Virus genome (UHGV): UHGV-1838449
Length of the DNA stretch: 17,388 bases
Strand: one strand, 5' to 3'
Source of the DNA: a virus
The notes under the pieces: generated by a model
The model's database searches: none
Told to the model about the DNA's origin: nothing
Seen by the model: only the letters and a program-made list of their open reading frames with translations
Program-made: the position numbers and the translations under genes
Shown: one piece after another, positions 7,409 through 14,570 of the stretch
How positions within the stretch are numbered: the first letter of the stretch is position 1
Layout: each line of letters starts with the position of its first letter

Positions 7409-7646
7409 TGTAAATGTTGCAGGTATCAAGTAAGTAATTAGATGGAGCGCCATAAATTATGAATTCATCGTTTGTCTGGTCCATCTCCATCTCTTGGCCT
7501 ATTGCCATTCTTGCGTCAGTGTCATCAGAGGCGAAGCATAAAACAGCCCACGCACCCATTGTTTTAAAAAGAACTGCAATTGGCTGTGGTTTTACTGAAT
7601 TTGCGTTAGCGCGAAAATCACAAATCGCACTTTCATGAAATTCCAT
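7395..7646 (-). CDS. Hypothetical protein (83 aa) immediately downstream of N
   Basis: ATG at 7646 with a GAGGTG site. Occupies the position lambda ral holds; no confident family match. Confidence 0.5.
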   Translation of the reverse strand: MEFHESAICDFRANANSVKPQPIAVLFKTMGAWAVLCFASDDTDARMAIGQEMEMDQTNDEFIIYGAPSNYLLDTCNIYNKAA

Positions 7647-7654
7647 ATATCACC

Positions 7655-7981
7655 TCAAATAAGTGGTTTGCTGCCTAATTTCATTTTCTGGCGACCAACA
7701 CAAGTCACACCCATTTCACTGCGTGGCTTGCTGTACCATGTGCGCTGATTCTTGCGCTCAATACGTTGCAGGTTGCTTTCAATCTGTTCGTGGTATTCAG
7801 CCAGCACCGTAAGGTCTATCGGATTCAGTGCGCTTTCTACTCGTGATTTCGGTTTGCGATTCAGCGAGAGAATTGGGCGGTTAACTGGTTTTGCGCTTAC
7901 CCCAACCAACAGGGGATTAGCTGCTTTCCATTCGGCCTGTTTAGCTGCGCGACGTTCGCGGCGGCGTGTTTGTGCATCCAT
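7655..7981 (-). CDS. N: Antitermination protein N (lambda N-like)
   Basis: From the ATG at 7981 (AGGAG site) the protein reads MDAQTRRRERRAAKQAEWKAANPLLVGVSAKPVNRPILSLNRKPKSRVESALNPIDLTVLAEYHEQIESNLQRIERKNQRTWYSKP, near-identical to lambda N as I recall it, including the Arg-rich boxB-binding motif. Confidence 0.9.
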   Translation of the reverse strand: MDAQTRRRERRAAKQAEWKAANPLLVGVSAKPVNRPILSLNRKPKSRVESALNPIDLTVLAEYHEQIESNLQRIERKNQRTWYSKPRSEMGVTCVGRQKMKLGSKPLI

Positions 7982-8153
7982 CTTGATTCTCCTGTCAGTT
8001 AGCTTTGGTGGTGTGGTAGGTGGGAGACCCATTTCGACCTGCTTCGGCCGACTTCAATTCGGCAATAGTTCCGCAGGCCTCGCCGCTTTACGTGCGACAT
8101 ATTCCCATCCATGAACCCTTCACCACACCCCAAAGCCTTCTGCTTTGAATGCT

Positions 8154-8184
8154 GCCCTTCTTCAGGGCTTAATTTTTAAGAGCA
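8154..8184 (-). promoter_or_regulatory. nutL (boxA plus boxB) on the minus strand
   Basis: Minus strand reads TGCTCTTAA (boxA-like, one mismatch to CGCTCTTAA) followed by GCCCTGAAGAAGGGC, the lambda nutL boxB hairpin. Lies between pL and N. Confidence 0.8.
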
Positions 8185-8224
8185 TCACCTTCATGGTGGT
8201 CAGTGCGTCCTGCTGATGGCTTAA

Positions 8225-8265
8225 AATATACCTACAGGTAAAACCCCTGTCTATACCTGTAGGTA
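8225..8265 (-). promoter_or_regulatory. pL promoter with OL operator sites
   Basis: Minus strand: -35 TAGACA (8253..8248), 17-nt spacer, -10 TATATT (8230..8225); downstream leader CATCAGCAGGACGCACTGACC matches the lambda pL leader. Two 12-bp palindromes TACCTnnAGGTA at 8229..8240 and 8254..8265 overlap the -10 and abut the -35. A looser TACCTG-N10-CAGGTA lies at 8287..8308. Confidence 0.6.
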
Positions 8266-8327
8266 AATAAAATTGATGTGAGAGTTTACCTGCTTGAATT
8301 TTCAGGTAATTAATTTTTTGGATTGAT

Positions 8328-8351
8328 ATAAAAAAGCCCGCTTTGCGGGCT
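8328..8351 (-). terminator. Intrinsic terminator ending the cI / small membrane protein transcript
   Basis: Minus strand hairpin AGCCCGC-AAA-GCGGGCT followed by TTTTTT (A-run 8329..8334 on plus), 12 nt after the stop at 8363. Confidence 0.7.
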
Positions 8352-8362
8352 GAAAGGAGATG

Positions 8363-8659
8363 TCAGAAGCTATTTGGATTGCTTGGCCATTGCGGCAATT
8401 TTGATTCTACTGGGGTGTGTTTGGGTTTGAGTCCGTTTAAGTAGTCAAGGCGCTCAATGGCGCATTTATACATAGCAATCTGCTCTGATGACATGTCGTC
8501 GTATGACATGCCTTTGAACTTTTTAATTATCGATTCTGCCTCATGTATAAGATTCTTCTTCCTCATGAGTTCAGCTGTATGCTTAGAGCTTACAGGAGAT
8601 AACTTTGCCCATATGAAGCAGATGATTACAACAGCGACTACTATGCCGGGTATAAACAT
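8363..8659 (-). CDS. Small single-pass membrane protein co-transcribed with cI (rex-slot gene, function unknown)
   Basis: ATG at 8659 with a GAGGA site; the ORF track's TTG start at 8677 overlaps the cI TGA. Reads MFIPGIVVAVVIICFIWAKL (N-terminal hydrophobic helix) then a roughly 75-aa charged domain. Gene is AT-rich relative to cI and followed by a strong terminator. Confidence 0.6.
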   Translation of the reverse strand: MFIPGIVVAVVIICFIWAKLSPVSSKHTAELMRKKNLIHEAESIIKKFKGMSYDDMSSEQIAMYKCAIERLDYLNGLKPKHTPVESKLPQWPSNPNSF

Positions 8660-8673
8660 TTGCTGCTTTATCC

Positions 8674-9360
8674 TCAAACTTTTGGCAGATCGTCCTGGTC
8701 TACGTACCTGGTGTGTTTCACAATAGCTGAAACAAAATGCATTTTATCAACTTCTTCAACAGGAAGAGTGATTGGGCGGTGATCACTGTTTATGCTACTA
8801 AACTGATAATCACCGTCTCTTGTTTTGTTCATGATCTTTATCATGTTGTGACCGTCTTTGGTCCTTACAAAGACTTCATCACCTGGATGTACTGGCGTAT
8901 TTGGTTCAATAACAACATATTCTCCTGACTGAATCCTTGGCCACATGCTGTCACCCTTAACCTTCAGACCGTAAGCATCTTTATCGCCGCTGTAGATGCT
9001 TAACCAACCGGATCTGAATTCAATCATATCCACTGAGCCATCAACTCCCAAAACGGCTTCACCAATTACCGGAACAAAACCCGCACGAACGTTACCCGCA
9101 AACTCAAGATGGTCCGTAGCTCCAGCTTTACCATCTGCAAGCATGTCCATCCATCCGCGTGGGAGATTAAAAGATTTTTCAATTAGTTCCATCATATCGT
9201 CAGCAATGCGTTTTTTTCCGCTTTTTCCTTCCGGATACAGCATTCTGGAAACGTATGATGGTTCCCTTTCTATTCGACGAGCCAACTCTGAGGCCTTTCC
9301 ATTACAGAATCGGTCTCTTATCTCTATCAGCCTTAGTCGTCTTTGTTCGTATTTATCCAT
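8674..9360 (-). CDS. cI: CI-type prophage repressor (HTH N-domain, LexA/S24-like autocleaving C-domain)
   Basis: 228 aa with an N-terminal helix-turn-helix region and a C-domain carrying the Ala-Gly site, GDSM Ser motif and downstream Lys typical of S24 peptidase-fold repressors. Divergent from cro across the operator region. Confidence 0.9.
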   Translation of the reverse strand: MDKYEQRRLRLIEIRDRFCNGKASELARRIEREPSYVSRMLYPEGKSGKKRIADDMMELIEKSFNLPRGWMDMLADGKAGATDHLEFAGNVRAGFVPVIGEAVLGVDGSVDMIEFRSGWLSIYSGDKDAYGLKVKGDSMWPRIQSGEYVVIEPNTPVHPGDEVFVRTKDGHNMIKIMNKTRDGDYQFSSINSDHRPITLPVEEVDKMHFVSAIVKHTRYVDQDDLPKV

Positions 9361-9468
9361 GATTTAATTCTATCTTTGATTACCTGCCGGTAAATAACCT
9401 ATGGGTATTGATTTGCTTTTTACCTACAGGTAAACTCATCTTATTCAACAACGGGAAGGAGATAGCAA
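9361..9468. promoter_or_regulatory. OR operator region with pR (plus strand) and pRM (minus strand)
   Basis: 12-bp palindrome-like sites at 9381..9392 (TACCTGCCGGTA), 9396..9407 (AACCTATGGGTA) and 9421..9432 (TACCTACAGGTA). pR: -35 TTGATT (9408..9413), 17-nt spacer, -10 TAAACT (9431..9436). pRM: -10 TAGAAT (minus, 9372..9367) only 6 nt before the cI ATG, implying a leaderless cI mRNA as in lambda. Confidence 0.6.
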
Positions 9469-9699
9469 ATGGAAGAACTCCGCTTGTATCTGAACTCCCT
9501 TTCACTGGAAGAGCAGAGAGAATTTGCCACCAAGTGCGGAACTTCTATCGGCTATTTGAGGAAAGCACTTAGCCGTAATCATGAATTGGGCGCAGCACTT
9601 TGTGTTCTGATTGAGAAGTTCAGCAATGGTGAAGTGACTCGCAAAGACCTTCATCCGGTTGATTGGGAAAGCATCTGGCCTGAATTAATGGCCGCTTAA
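9469..9699 (+). CDS. cro: Cro-like helix-turn-helix regulator
   Basis: 76-aa ORF with a GGAGAT site, helix-turn-helix-like segment TKCGTSIGYLRKAL, first gene rightward of OR. Confidence 0.7.
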   Translation: MEELRLYLNSLSLEEQREFATKCGTSIGYLRKALSRNHELGAALCVLIEKFSNGEVTRKDLHPVDWESIWPELMAA

Positions 9700-9707
9700 G
9701 TTATTAA

Positions 9708-9739
9708 CGCTCTTACACATCCCCGCCCTGAAAAAGGGC
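9708..9739 (+). promoter_or_regulatory. nutR (boxA plus boxB)
   Basis: CGCTCTTACACAT (boxA) followed by GCCCTGAAAAAGGGC (boxB hairpin, 9725..9739), matching lambda nutR. Confidence 0.85.
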
Positions 9740-9815
9740 ATTACCAGAAACAAATCTCTATGGTTTTGCGTTTCTTTGCGAAGCCAACTCTATCTAATCA
9801 TTAAGGAAATTATCT

Positions 9816-10097
9816 ATGGGTACTATTGCAACTAAAAGCAAGAAAGCGGCTCGCATCGAGTCAGCCTTGCTGAACAAACTGGCACTGATGGGGCAGAAGG
9901 CATTCGCTCGAGCAATGGGGGTTCCTGAATATCAGGTAAGCCGATGGAAGAATGGTTTCTTCTCGCAGGTAAGCATGATGCTGGCTGTTCTGGAATACGG
10001 AATCGAAGACGATGAAATGGCTGAATTGACTAAGCGGATTGCCGATTACCTGACAAAAGAAAAAGCCCCGAAGAACGGCGAATTCTTCGAGGCCTGA
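9816..10097 (+). CDS. cII: CII-like transcriptional activator
   Basis: 93 aa. ARIESALLNKLALMG...QVSRWKNGFFSQVSMMLAVLEYGIEDDEMAEL parallels lambda CII (ALRIESALLNKIAMLG...QISRWKRDWIPKFSMLLAVLEWGVVDDDMARL). Confidence 0.85.
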   Translation: MGTIATKSKKAARIESALLNKLALMGQKAFARAMGVPEYQVSRWKNGFFSQVSMMLAVLEYGIEDDEMAELTKRIADYLTKEKAPKNGEFFEA

Positions 10098-10131
10098 TGT
10101 AGAAAGACTGGATCAATCCACAGGAGTAATT

Positions 10132-10293
10132 ATGACAAAACGTCGTAAGAAATACCAGGAAAAAGAAGAGATTCGACACCCTGATTCACCTGAGGGATTA
10201 GTGGTAGCCGCAGCAAATAACAGGGCGTTCGCAGAGCGCCTTGTTGGTGTTTACAGACTAGCCAAAGCAGGAGTGAAACATGGGCGTCGTTAA
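10132..10293 (+). CDS. Small basic ORF (53 aa) between cII and the replication initiator
   Basis: ATG at 10132; MTKRRKKYQEKEE...; stop lies upstream of the preferred initiator start at 10343. No recognised family; could be non-coding leader. Confidence 0.3.
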   Translation: MTKRRKKYQEKEEIRHPDSPEGLVVAAANNRAFAERLVGVYRLAKAGVKHGRR

Positions 10294-10342
10294 GTTAGCT
10301 GATTACAGGCATAACCCTGTACAACATCAGGAGGCATCCAGT

Positions 10343-11170
10343 ATGGGGTATGTCTCTATACACCGCCAGTTTATGGACAGCAGGCTCTATAAAGACTCTC
10401 AGGCAGTACATCTTTGGCTTCACTTAATCCTCAAGGCTAATCACGAATCTACTGTCGTCAATACGGATATCGGTACGATAACTGTTGATCGCGGTCAGAT
10501 GATAACTGGACGCCCGTCGCTGGTCAGAGAAACATTCATCCCCGACAACAAAGTTCGGAGCTTATTACGGACTTTTGAGTCGAAAGGTATGCTTAATATT
10601 TGCTCGATGGGGAAGAAATTTAGCCTGTTTACAATCGTTAAATATGACGATTTTCAGGCAAAAAATTGTCCAACGGTTGTCCAACGGTTGTCCAACGCAA
10701 ACACCAGTAATGGCGCGGCTCTCAGCGGAGATTGTCCAACGGTTGTCCAACGGTTGTCCATAAACAATAATATAAATAATATCTCTAATACTGACGTATT
10801 AGAGAGTACCGCAGCAGACAAAAAGTCTGACAAGAAAAAACCTTCCGTTAGCTGTCAGGATGTTGTCGATGCTTACCACGAAATCCTTCCTGAAGCTCCA
10901 AGAATTCGCGCACTGAATGACAAGCGTAAAAACCAGATCCGAACGTTCTGGCGCAAAGCCGGAGTGATAACCCGCCAGCTTGACGGGCATGGGTTCACGA
11001 TGCAGGACTGGAGAAATTATTTGAGCTACGTTGGCGAAAATTGCCGATGGATGTTCGAAGAACGCCCAAACCATCAACGCGGAACCGTCTGGCACAAAAA
11101 GGGATTTGATTTCCTGCTTAACGACAATACCTACCTGAAAGTTCGTGAGGGTGAACACGATGACCGATAA
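10343..11170 (+). CDS. Replication initiator (O-like function) with the origin iterons inside its coding sequence
   Basis: Preferred ATG at 10343 has an AGGAGG site 8 nt upstream; the ORF track start is 10280. Origin iterons and an AT-rich tract lie mid-gene as in lambda O. Directly followed by a DnaB-type helicase gene. Not lambda O by sequence. Confidence 0.7.
   Translation: MGYVSIHRQFMDSRLYKDSQAVHLWLHLILKANHESTVVNTDIGTITVDRGQMITGRPSLVRETFIPDNKVRSLLRTFESKGMLNICSMGKKFSLFTIVKYDDFQAKNCPTVVQRLSNANTSNGAALSGDCPTVVQRLSINNNINNISNTDVLESTAADKKSDKKKPSVSCQDVVDAYHEILPEAPRIRALNDKRKNQIRTFWRKAGVITRQLDGHGFTMQDWRNYLSYVGENCRWMFEERPNHQRGTVWHKKGFDFLLNDNTYLKVREGEHDDR
10666..10800. repeat. Replication origin: six 11-bp iterons in two triplets plus an AT-rich unwinding tract
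   Basis: TTGTCCAACGG tandem at 10666, 10677, 10688 (third ends GC) and at 10732, 10743, 10754 (last partial, TTGTCCATA). Cluster offset is 66 bp, i.e. six 11-bp units. Followed by AACAATAATATAAATAATATCTCTAATA (10763..10790). Confidence 0.7.
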
Positions 11171-12596
11171 TTTTTATGCGCCGCCCCATAGCATCGAGGC
11201 AGAGCAGGCGGTGATTGGTGGATTGCTTCTGGATGATGACAGCAGTGAGCGCGTCCAGAAAGTTCTGGCGATGCTGAAGCCTGATTCATTTTACAGCCGA
11301 CCACACAAAATCCTTTTCGAAGAAATAACCAGAATGCACCGGGAGCAAAAGCCAGTAGATGGCCTGACGCTTTTCGATGAACTGGAGCGCAAAACGTTAA
11401 CGGTGTCTGTTGGCGGTTTTGCTTATATCGCTGAGATCGCAAAGAACACGCCAAGCGCAGCAAACATCGTTGCCTATGCAATGCAGGTTCGTGAAACCGC
11501 AATGGAACGCTACGCCATCAACCGCATGACTGAAGCGACGGAATTGCTCTATTCCCGCAACGGAATGACTGCAACGCAGAAGTACGAAGCTATTCAGGCG
11601 ATTTTCACGCAACTGACAGACCATGCAAAAACCGGATCGCGTCGCGGCCTTCGCTCATTTGGTGAGGTCATGGAAGACTGGGTTAGCGACCTTGAGAAGC
11701 GATTTGACCCATCAGGCGAACAACGGGGAATGAGCACAGGGATCCCATCGCTGGACAGGATGCTGTCACCGAAAGGTCTGGTGAAAGGCTCTCTGTTTGT
11801 CATTGGCGCTCGCCCTAAGATGGGGAAAACGACGCTATACAGCCAGATGGCAATCAATTGCGCAGTGCATGAGAAAAAGCCCGCTTTGATGTTCAGCCTT
11901 GAAATGCCAGGTGATCAGATACTGGAAAAACTGGTAGGGCAGAAGTCTGGTGTTAACCCGAATATTTTTTACCTTCCGGCGACAAATGACGCTGATGACG
12001 GCTATCAGGGTGATTACGATGGTGACTTCAACAGGGCGATCGAAACAGCCAATCGCTTGAGTGAAATCGACCTGCTTTACATCGACGACACGCCGGGATT
12101 ATCTCTGGCTCAAATCGTCAGCGAAAGCCGTCGAATCAAGCGAGAAAAAGGATGTGTTGGCATGATTCTGGTCGATTACCTGACACTAATGACCGCTGAG
12201 AAGGCCGATCGCAACGACCTTGCTTACGGCATGATCACCAAAGGACTGAAGAACCTTGCCAAAGAGCTTGATTGCGTTGTTGTGCTTCTGACACAGCTTA
12301 ACCGCGCACTGGAAAGCCGAACCAATAAACGCCCATTACCAAGTGACTCACGAGATACAGGGCAGATTGAACAGGATTGCGATTATTGGGTTGGGATCCA
12401 TCGTGAAGGCGCTTTTGATGACAGTGTTCCACCTGGTGAAACCGAACTAATCCTTCGTCTCAATCGTCATGGCAATACCGGCACGGTGTATTGCATTCAG
12501 GCAAATGGCGCTATTTATGACACAGACCAACAGTCTGCTGAAATGCGCCGACGTGAACGCGAGGAGCCGCAGTCCAAGAAGAAAGGAGGATTCTGA
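11160..12596 (+). CDS. DnaB-family replicative DNA helicase (phage-encoded, P22 gp12-like arrangement)
   Basis: About 478 aa from the ATG at 11160 (ORF track GTG at 11145). Walker A GARPKMGKTT, DnaB N-terminal domain pattern, RecA-like core (ILVDYLTLM, LLTQLNR). Start overlaps the initiator stop. Confidence 0.85.
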   Translation: MTDNFYAPPHSIEAEQAVIGGLLLDDDSSERVQKVLAMLKPDSFYSRPHKILFEEITRMHREQKPVDGLTLFDELERKTLTVSVGGFAYIAEIAKNTPSAANIVAYAMQVRETAMERYAINRMTEATELLYSRNGMTATQKYEAIQAIFTQLTDHAKTGSRRGLRSFGEVMEDWVSDLEKRFDPSGEQRGMSTGIPSLDRMLSPKGLVKGSLFVIGARPKMGKTTLYSQMAINCAVHEKKPALMFSLEMPGDQILEKLVGQKSGVNPNIFYLPATNDADDGYQGDYDGDFNRAIETANRLSEIDLLYIDDTPGLSLAQIVSESRRIKREKGCVGMILVDYLTLMTAEKADRNDLAYGMITKGLKNLAKELDCVVVLLTQLNRALESRTNKRPLPSDSRDTGQIEQDCDYWVGIHREGAFDDSVPPGETELILRLNRHGNTGTVYCIQANGAIYDTDQQSAEMRRREREEPQSKKKGGF

Positions 12597-12623
12597 TGAC
12601 CATCTACATCACTGAGCTAATAA

Positions 12624-12656
12624 CAGGCCTGCTGGTAATCGCAGGCCTTTTTATTT
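12624..12656 (+). terminator. Intrinsic terminator after the helicase gene
   Basis: Hairpin CAGGCCTGC-loop-GCAGGCCT (12624..12648) followed by TTTTTATTT. Confidence 0.6.
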
Positions 12657-12672
12657 GGGGGAGAGGGAAGTC

Positions 12673-13089
12673 ATGAAAAAACTAACCTTTGAAATTCGAT
12701 CTCCAGCACATCAGCAAAACGCTATTCACGCAGTACAGCAAATCCTTCCAGACCCAACCAAACCAATCGTAGTAACCATTCAGGAACGCAACCGCAGCAT
12801 TCGGCAAAATGCACGCCTTCACGCGATGCTATCTGAAATAAGTAAGAAGGCTACATATCATGGAAAAGCAAGAAATATTGAGTTTTGGAAGGGGTTATTC
12901 GTTTCTGGTTGGCAGATTGCAACCAACCAGCACCCTGAGATTATATCAGGGTTAGAAGGTGAGCTAATAAACATCAGAGAGAGTACGGCGACTCTATCTG
13001 TAAAAAAAATATCCGAAATAATGGACTACATAGAAGCATATTGTGCCATGAACTCAATTCATCTTAGCGAATGGAGGAATTATGATTGA
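12673..13089 (+). CDS. ninB: NinB (Orf-family recombination mediator); N-terminus lambda-identical, remainder divergent, 3' end interrupted by an HNH gene
   Basis: From the ATG at 12673 (GGAGAGGG site): MKKLTFEIRSPAHQQNAIHAVQQILPDPTKPIVVTIQERNRS matches lambda NinB as I recall it. The rest is NinB-like but divergent and AT-rich. Ends ...HLSEWRNYD; the ancestral tail appears on the next ORF. Confidence 0.85.
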   Translation: MKKLTFEIRSPAHQQNAIHAVQQILPDPTKPIVVTIQERNRSIRQNARLHAMLSEISKKATYHGKARNIEFWKGLFVSGWQIATNQHPEIISGLEGELINIRESTATLSVKKISEIMDYIEAYCAMNSIHLSEWRNYD

Positions 13090-13684
13090 GGTTTGGGTAG
13101 ATATCGAAGGAATTCCATTTTATCAGGTTAGCAATAAAGGAAATTTCAGGTCTATTACGAGGGAAATTACAGTAACATCAACCAGACAGAGGCCATATAA
13201 GAAAATAATTAATGGCACTAGCGTAAAACCATTCAAGTGCAAGTCGACAGGATATCTTCAAATAAAGGTATACGGTAAGAAATACAGCGCCCACAGGATA
13301 GTTGCGAAAGCATTCTGTACAGGGTTCTGTGATGGCTTGGTAGTTAATCACAAAAATGGGCAAAGAGATGACAATAGGGCTGAAAACCTTGAATGGGTAT
13401 CACATTCTGAAAACTCAAAGCACGGATATAAACAAAATGGAAGAATACCTATATCGCTAGGTAAATTTAGTGGTGATCATCCTGCCAGTAAAGCTGTTAT
13501 TTCTACTGACATGAAAACTGGGGAGGAGGTTTATTATGAAGCAGCTATGGATGCTGTCAGAGAAGGATTTGATAGTTCGTCAATTAGTCGTTGCTGTAAT
13601 GGCGAAAGCTCATATCACAAAGGAAGATTCTGGCGATTTGCAAATGAAACAATGAAAGCGCGATGGGGAGACCGGGCAGCATGA
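13082..13684 (+). CDS. HNH homing-type endonuclease (NUMOD4 plus HNH_3 motifs) inserted into the 3' end of ninB
   Basis: 200 aa. N-terminal [20 protein letters not shown] (NUMOD4-like) and HNH core [25 protein letters not shown]-rich. Start codon is embedded in the last codons of ninB; the last 9 residues KARWGDRAA match the lambda NinB C-terminus as I recall it; stop overlaps the ninD ATG (ATGA). Confidence 0.8.
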   Translation: MIEVWVDIEGIPFYQVSNKGNFRSITREITVTSTRQRPYKKIINGTSVKPFKCKSTGYLQIKVYGKKYSAHRIVAKAFCTGFCDGLVVNHKNGQRDDNRAENLEWVSHSENSKHGYKQNGRIPISLGKFSGDHPASKAVISTDMKTGEEVYYEAAMDAVREGFDSSSISRCCNGESSYHKGRFWRFANETMKARWGDRAA

Positions 13685-13854
13685 TGCGATGTTATCGGTG
13701 CGGTGAATGCAAAGAAGATAACCGCTTCCGACCAAATCAACCTTACTGGAATCGATGGTGTCTCCGGTGTGAAAGAACACCAACAGGGGTGTTACCACTA
13801 CCGCAGGAAAAGGAGGACGTGTGGCGAGACAGCGACGAAGTATCACCGACATAA
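13681..13854 (+). CDS. ninD: NinD-like small zinc-ribbon protein
   Basis: 57 aa, [16 protein letters not shown]...CLRCERTP, two CxxC pairs. Matches my recollection of the lambda nin-region Orf57. ATGA overlap with the upstream stop. Confidence 0.6.
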   Translation: MMRCYRCGECKEDNRFRPNQPYWNRWCLRCERTPTGVLPLPQEKEDVWRDSDEVSPT

Positions 13855-13997
13855 TCTGCGAAAACTGCAAATACCTTCCAACGAAACGCTCCAGAAATAA
13901 ACGCAAGCCAATCCCAAAAGAATCTGACGTAAAAACCTTCAACTACACGGATCACCTGTGGGATATCCGGTGGCTAAGACATCGTGCGAGGAAATGA
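13821..13997 (+). CDS. ninE: NinE-like protein
   Basis: GTG start at 13821 after AGGAGGA; 58 aa reading [57 protein letters not shown], as recalled for lambda NinE. Overlaps the ninD 3' end in another frame; stop overlaps the next ATG. Confidence 0.55.
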   Translation: MARQRRSITDIICENCKYLPTKRSRNKRKPIPKESDVKTFNYTDHLWDIRWLRHRARK

Positions 13998-14401
13998 CAA
14001 TGCTTTTAATTCAACCTGGATTTGGCCTTAGCATCCAAAAAGGCCACATGTTTGGCGAGAAAGAGTCACAACGAAAAATGGTGTCTATCCGGTTGCCATT
14101 TATCAGTATTTATTGGCTAAACAGGGAGGCAACAAATTATTGGTATACATGCGCCAGAGCAGCATTTAACGACCCTGACTGGTTTGTTAAAAACCACCAC
14201 GCAGTTCGTCAGGCAAAGAGAAAGGCCAACATGACATACATGAAGGCGTATCAAAAAGCATGGAAAGAACACCGCGATCGATACCAACAAGACATGGAAA
14301 AGCTTGAATCAGAAAACATGGAATTAAGACGAAAGCTCGGTGAAGCAAAACGAGACATTGATGCTTACAAGCGACTTTTTAATGGTGAAAGCCATGCTTA
14401 G
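13994..14401 (+). CDS. Hypothetical nin-region protein (135 aa; start uncertain)
   Basis: ATG at 13994 overlaps the ninE stop (ATGA). C-terminal half is a basic coiled-coil-like helix. Later ATG starts (MFGEK..., MVSIR...) are possible. No confident family. Confidence 0.45.
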   Translation: MTMLLIQPGFGLSIQKGHMFGEKESQRKMVSIRLPFISIYWLNREATNYWYTCARAAFNDPDWFVKNHHAVRQAKRKANMTYMKAYQKAWKEHRDRYQQDMEKLESENMELRRKLGEAKRDIDAYKRLFNGESHA

Positions 14402-14570
14402 CCCATCCCAAACCCTTCAATACCAGAAAGAAAGCGTCGAGCGAGCTTTAACGTGCGCTAACTGCGGTCAGAAGCTGCATGTGCTGGAAGTTCACGTGTG
14501 TGAGCACTGCTGCGCAGAACTGATGAGCGATCCGAATAGCTCAATGTACGAGGAAGAAGACGATGAGTGA
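14394..14570 (+). CDS. ninF: NinF-like small zinc-binding protein
   Basis: 58 aa, [58 protein letters not shown], matching lambda NinF as I recall it. Confidence 0.65.
   Translation: MLSPSQTLQYQKESVERALTCANCGQKLHVLEVHVCEHCCAELMSDPNSSMYEEEDDE

Noticed and set aside
7752-8114. 120-aa plus-strand ORF overlapping N and the pL leader
   Set aside because: Antisense to the confidently identified N gene and nutL; Ser/Arg/Cys-rich low-complexity translation.
8457-9367. Plus-strand ORFs 8457..8726, 8737..8928 and 8996..9367
   Set aside because: Antisense to the rex-slot gene and cI, with no start signals; shadow frames.
10666-10762. Possibility that the tandem 11-bp repeats are a CRISPR array or mobile-element terminal repeats
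   Set aside because: The repeats are contiguous with no spacers, lie inside a replication initiator gene and are followed by an AT-rich tract, which fits origin iterons.
10565-10763. ORFs 10565..10750 (minus) and 10575..10763 (plus) over the iteron region
   Set aside because: Produced by the tandem iterons giving open frames on both strands; the region is inside the initiator gene.
10799-11857. Minus-strand ORFs 10799..11158, 11131..11502, 11397..11624 and 11594..11857
   Set aside because: Antisense to the initiator and helicase genes; no coding signals.
13178-13955. ORFs 13178..13363 (minus), 13610..13942 (minus), 13743..13955 (minus) and 13703..13900 (plus)
   Set aside because: Overlap the HNH, ninD and ninE frames on the opposite strand or in an alternative frame with no start context; ninD and ninE are the supported frames.
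14017-14040. Hairpin GGCCTT-N10-AAGGCC near the start of the 13994..14401 ORF
   Set aside because: No following T-run and it lies inside a probable coding region; not called as a terminator. Its only relevance is to the start-site uncertainty of that ORF.
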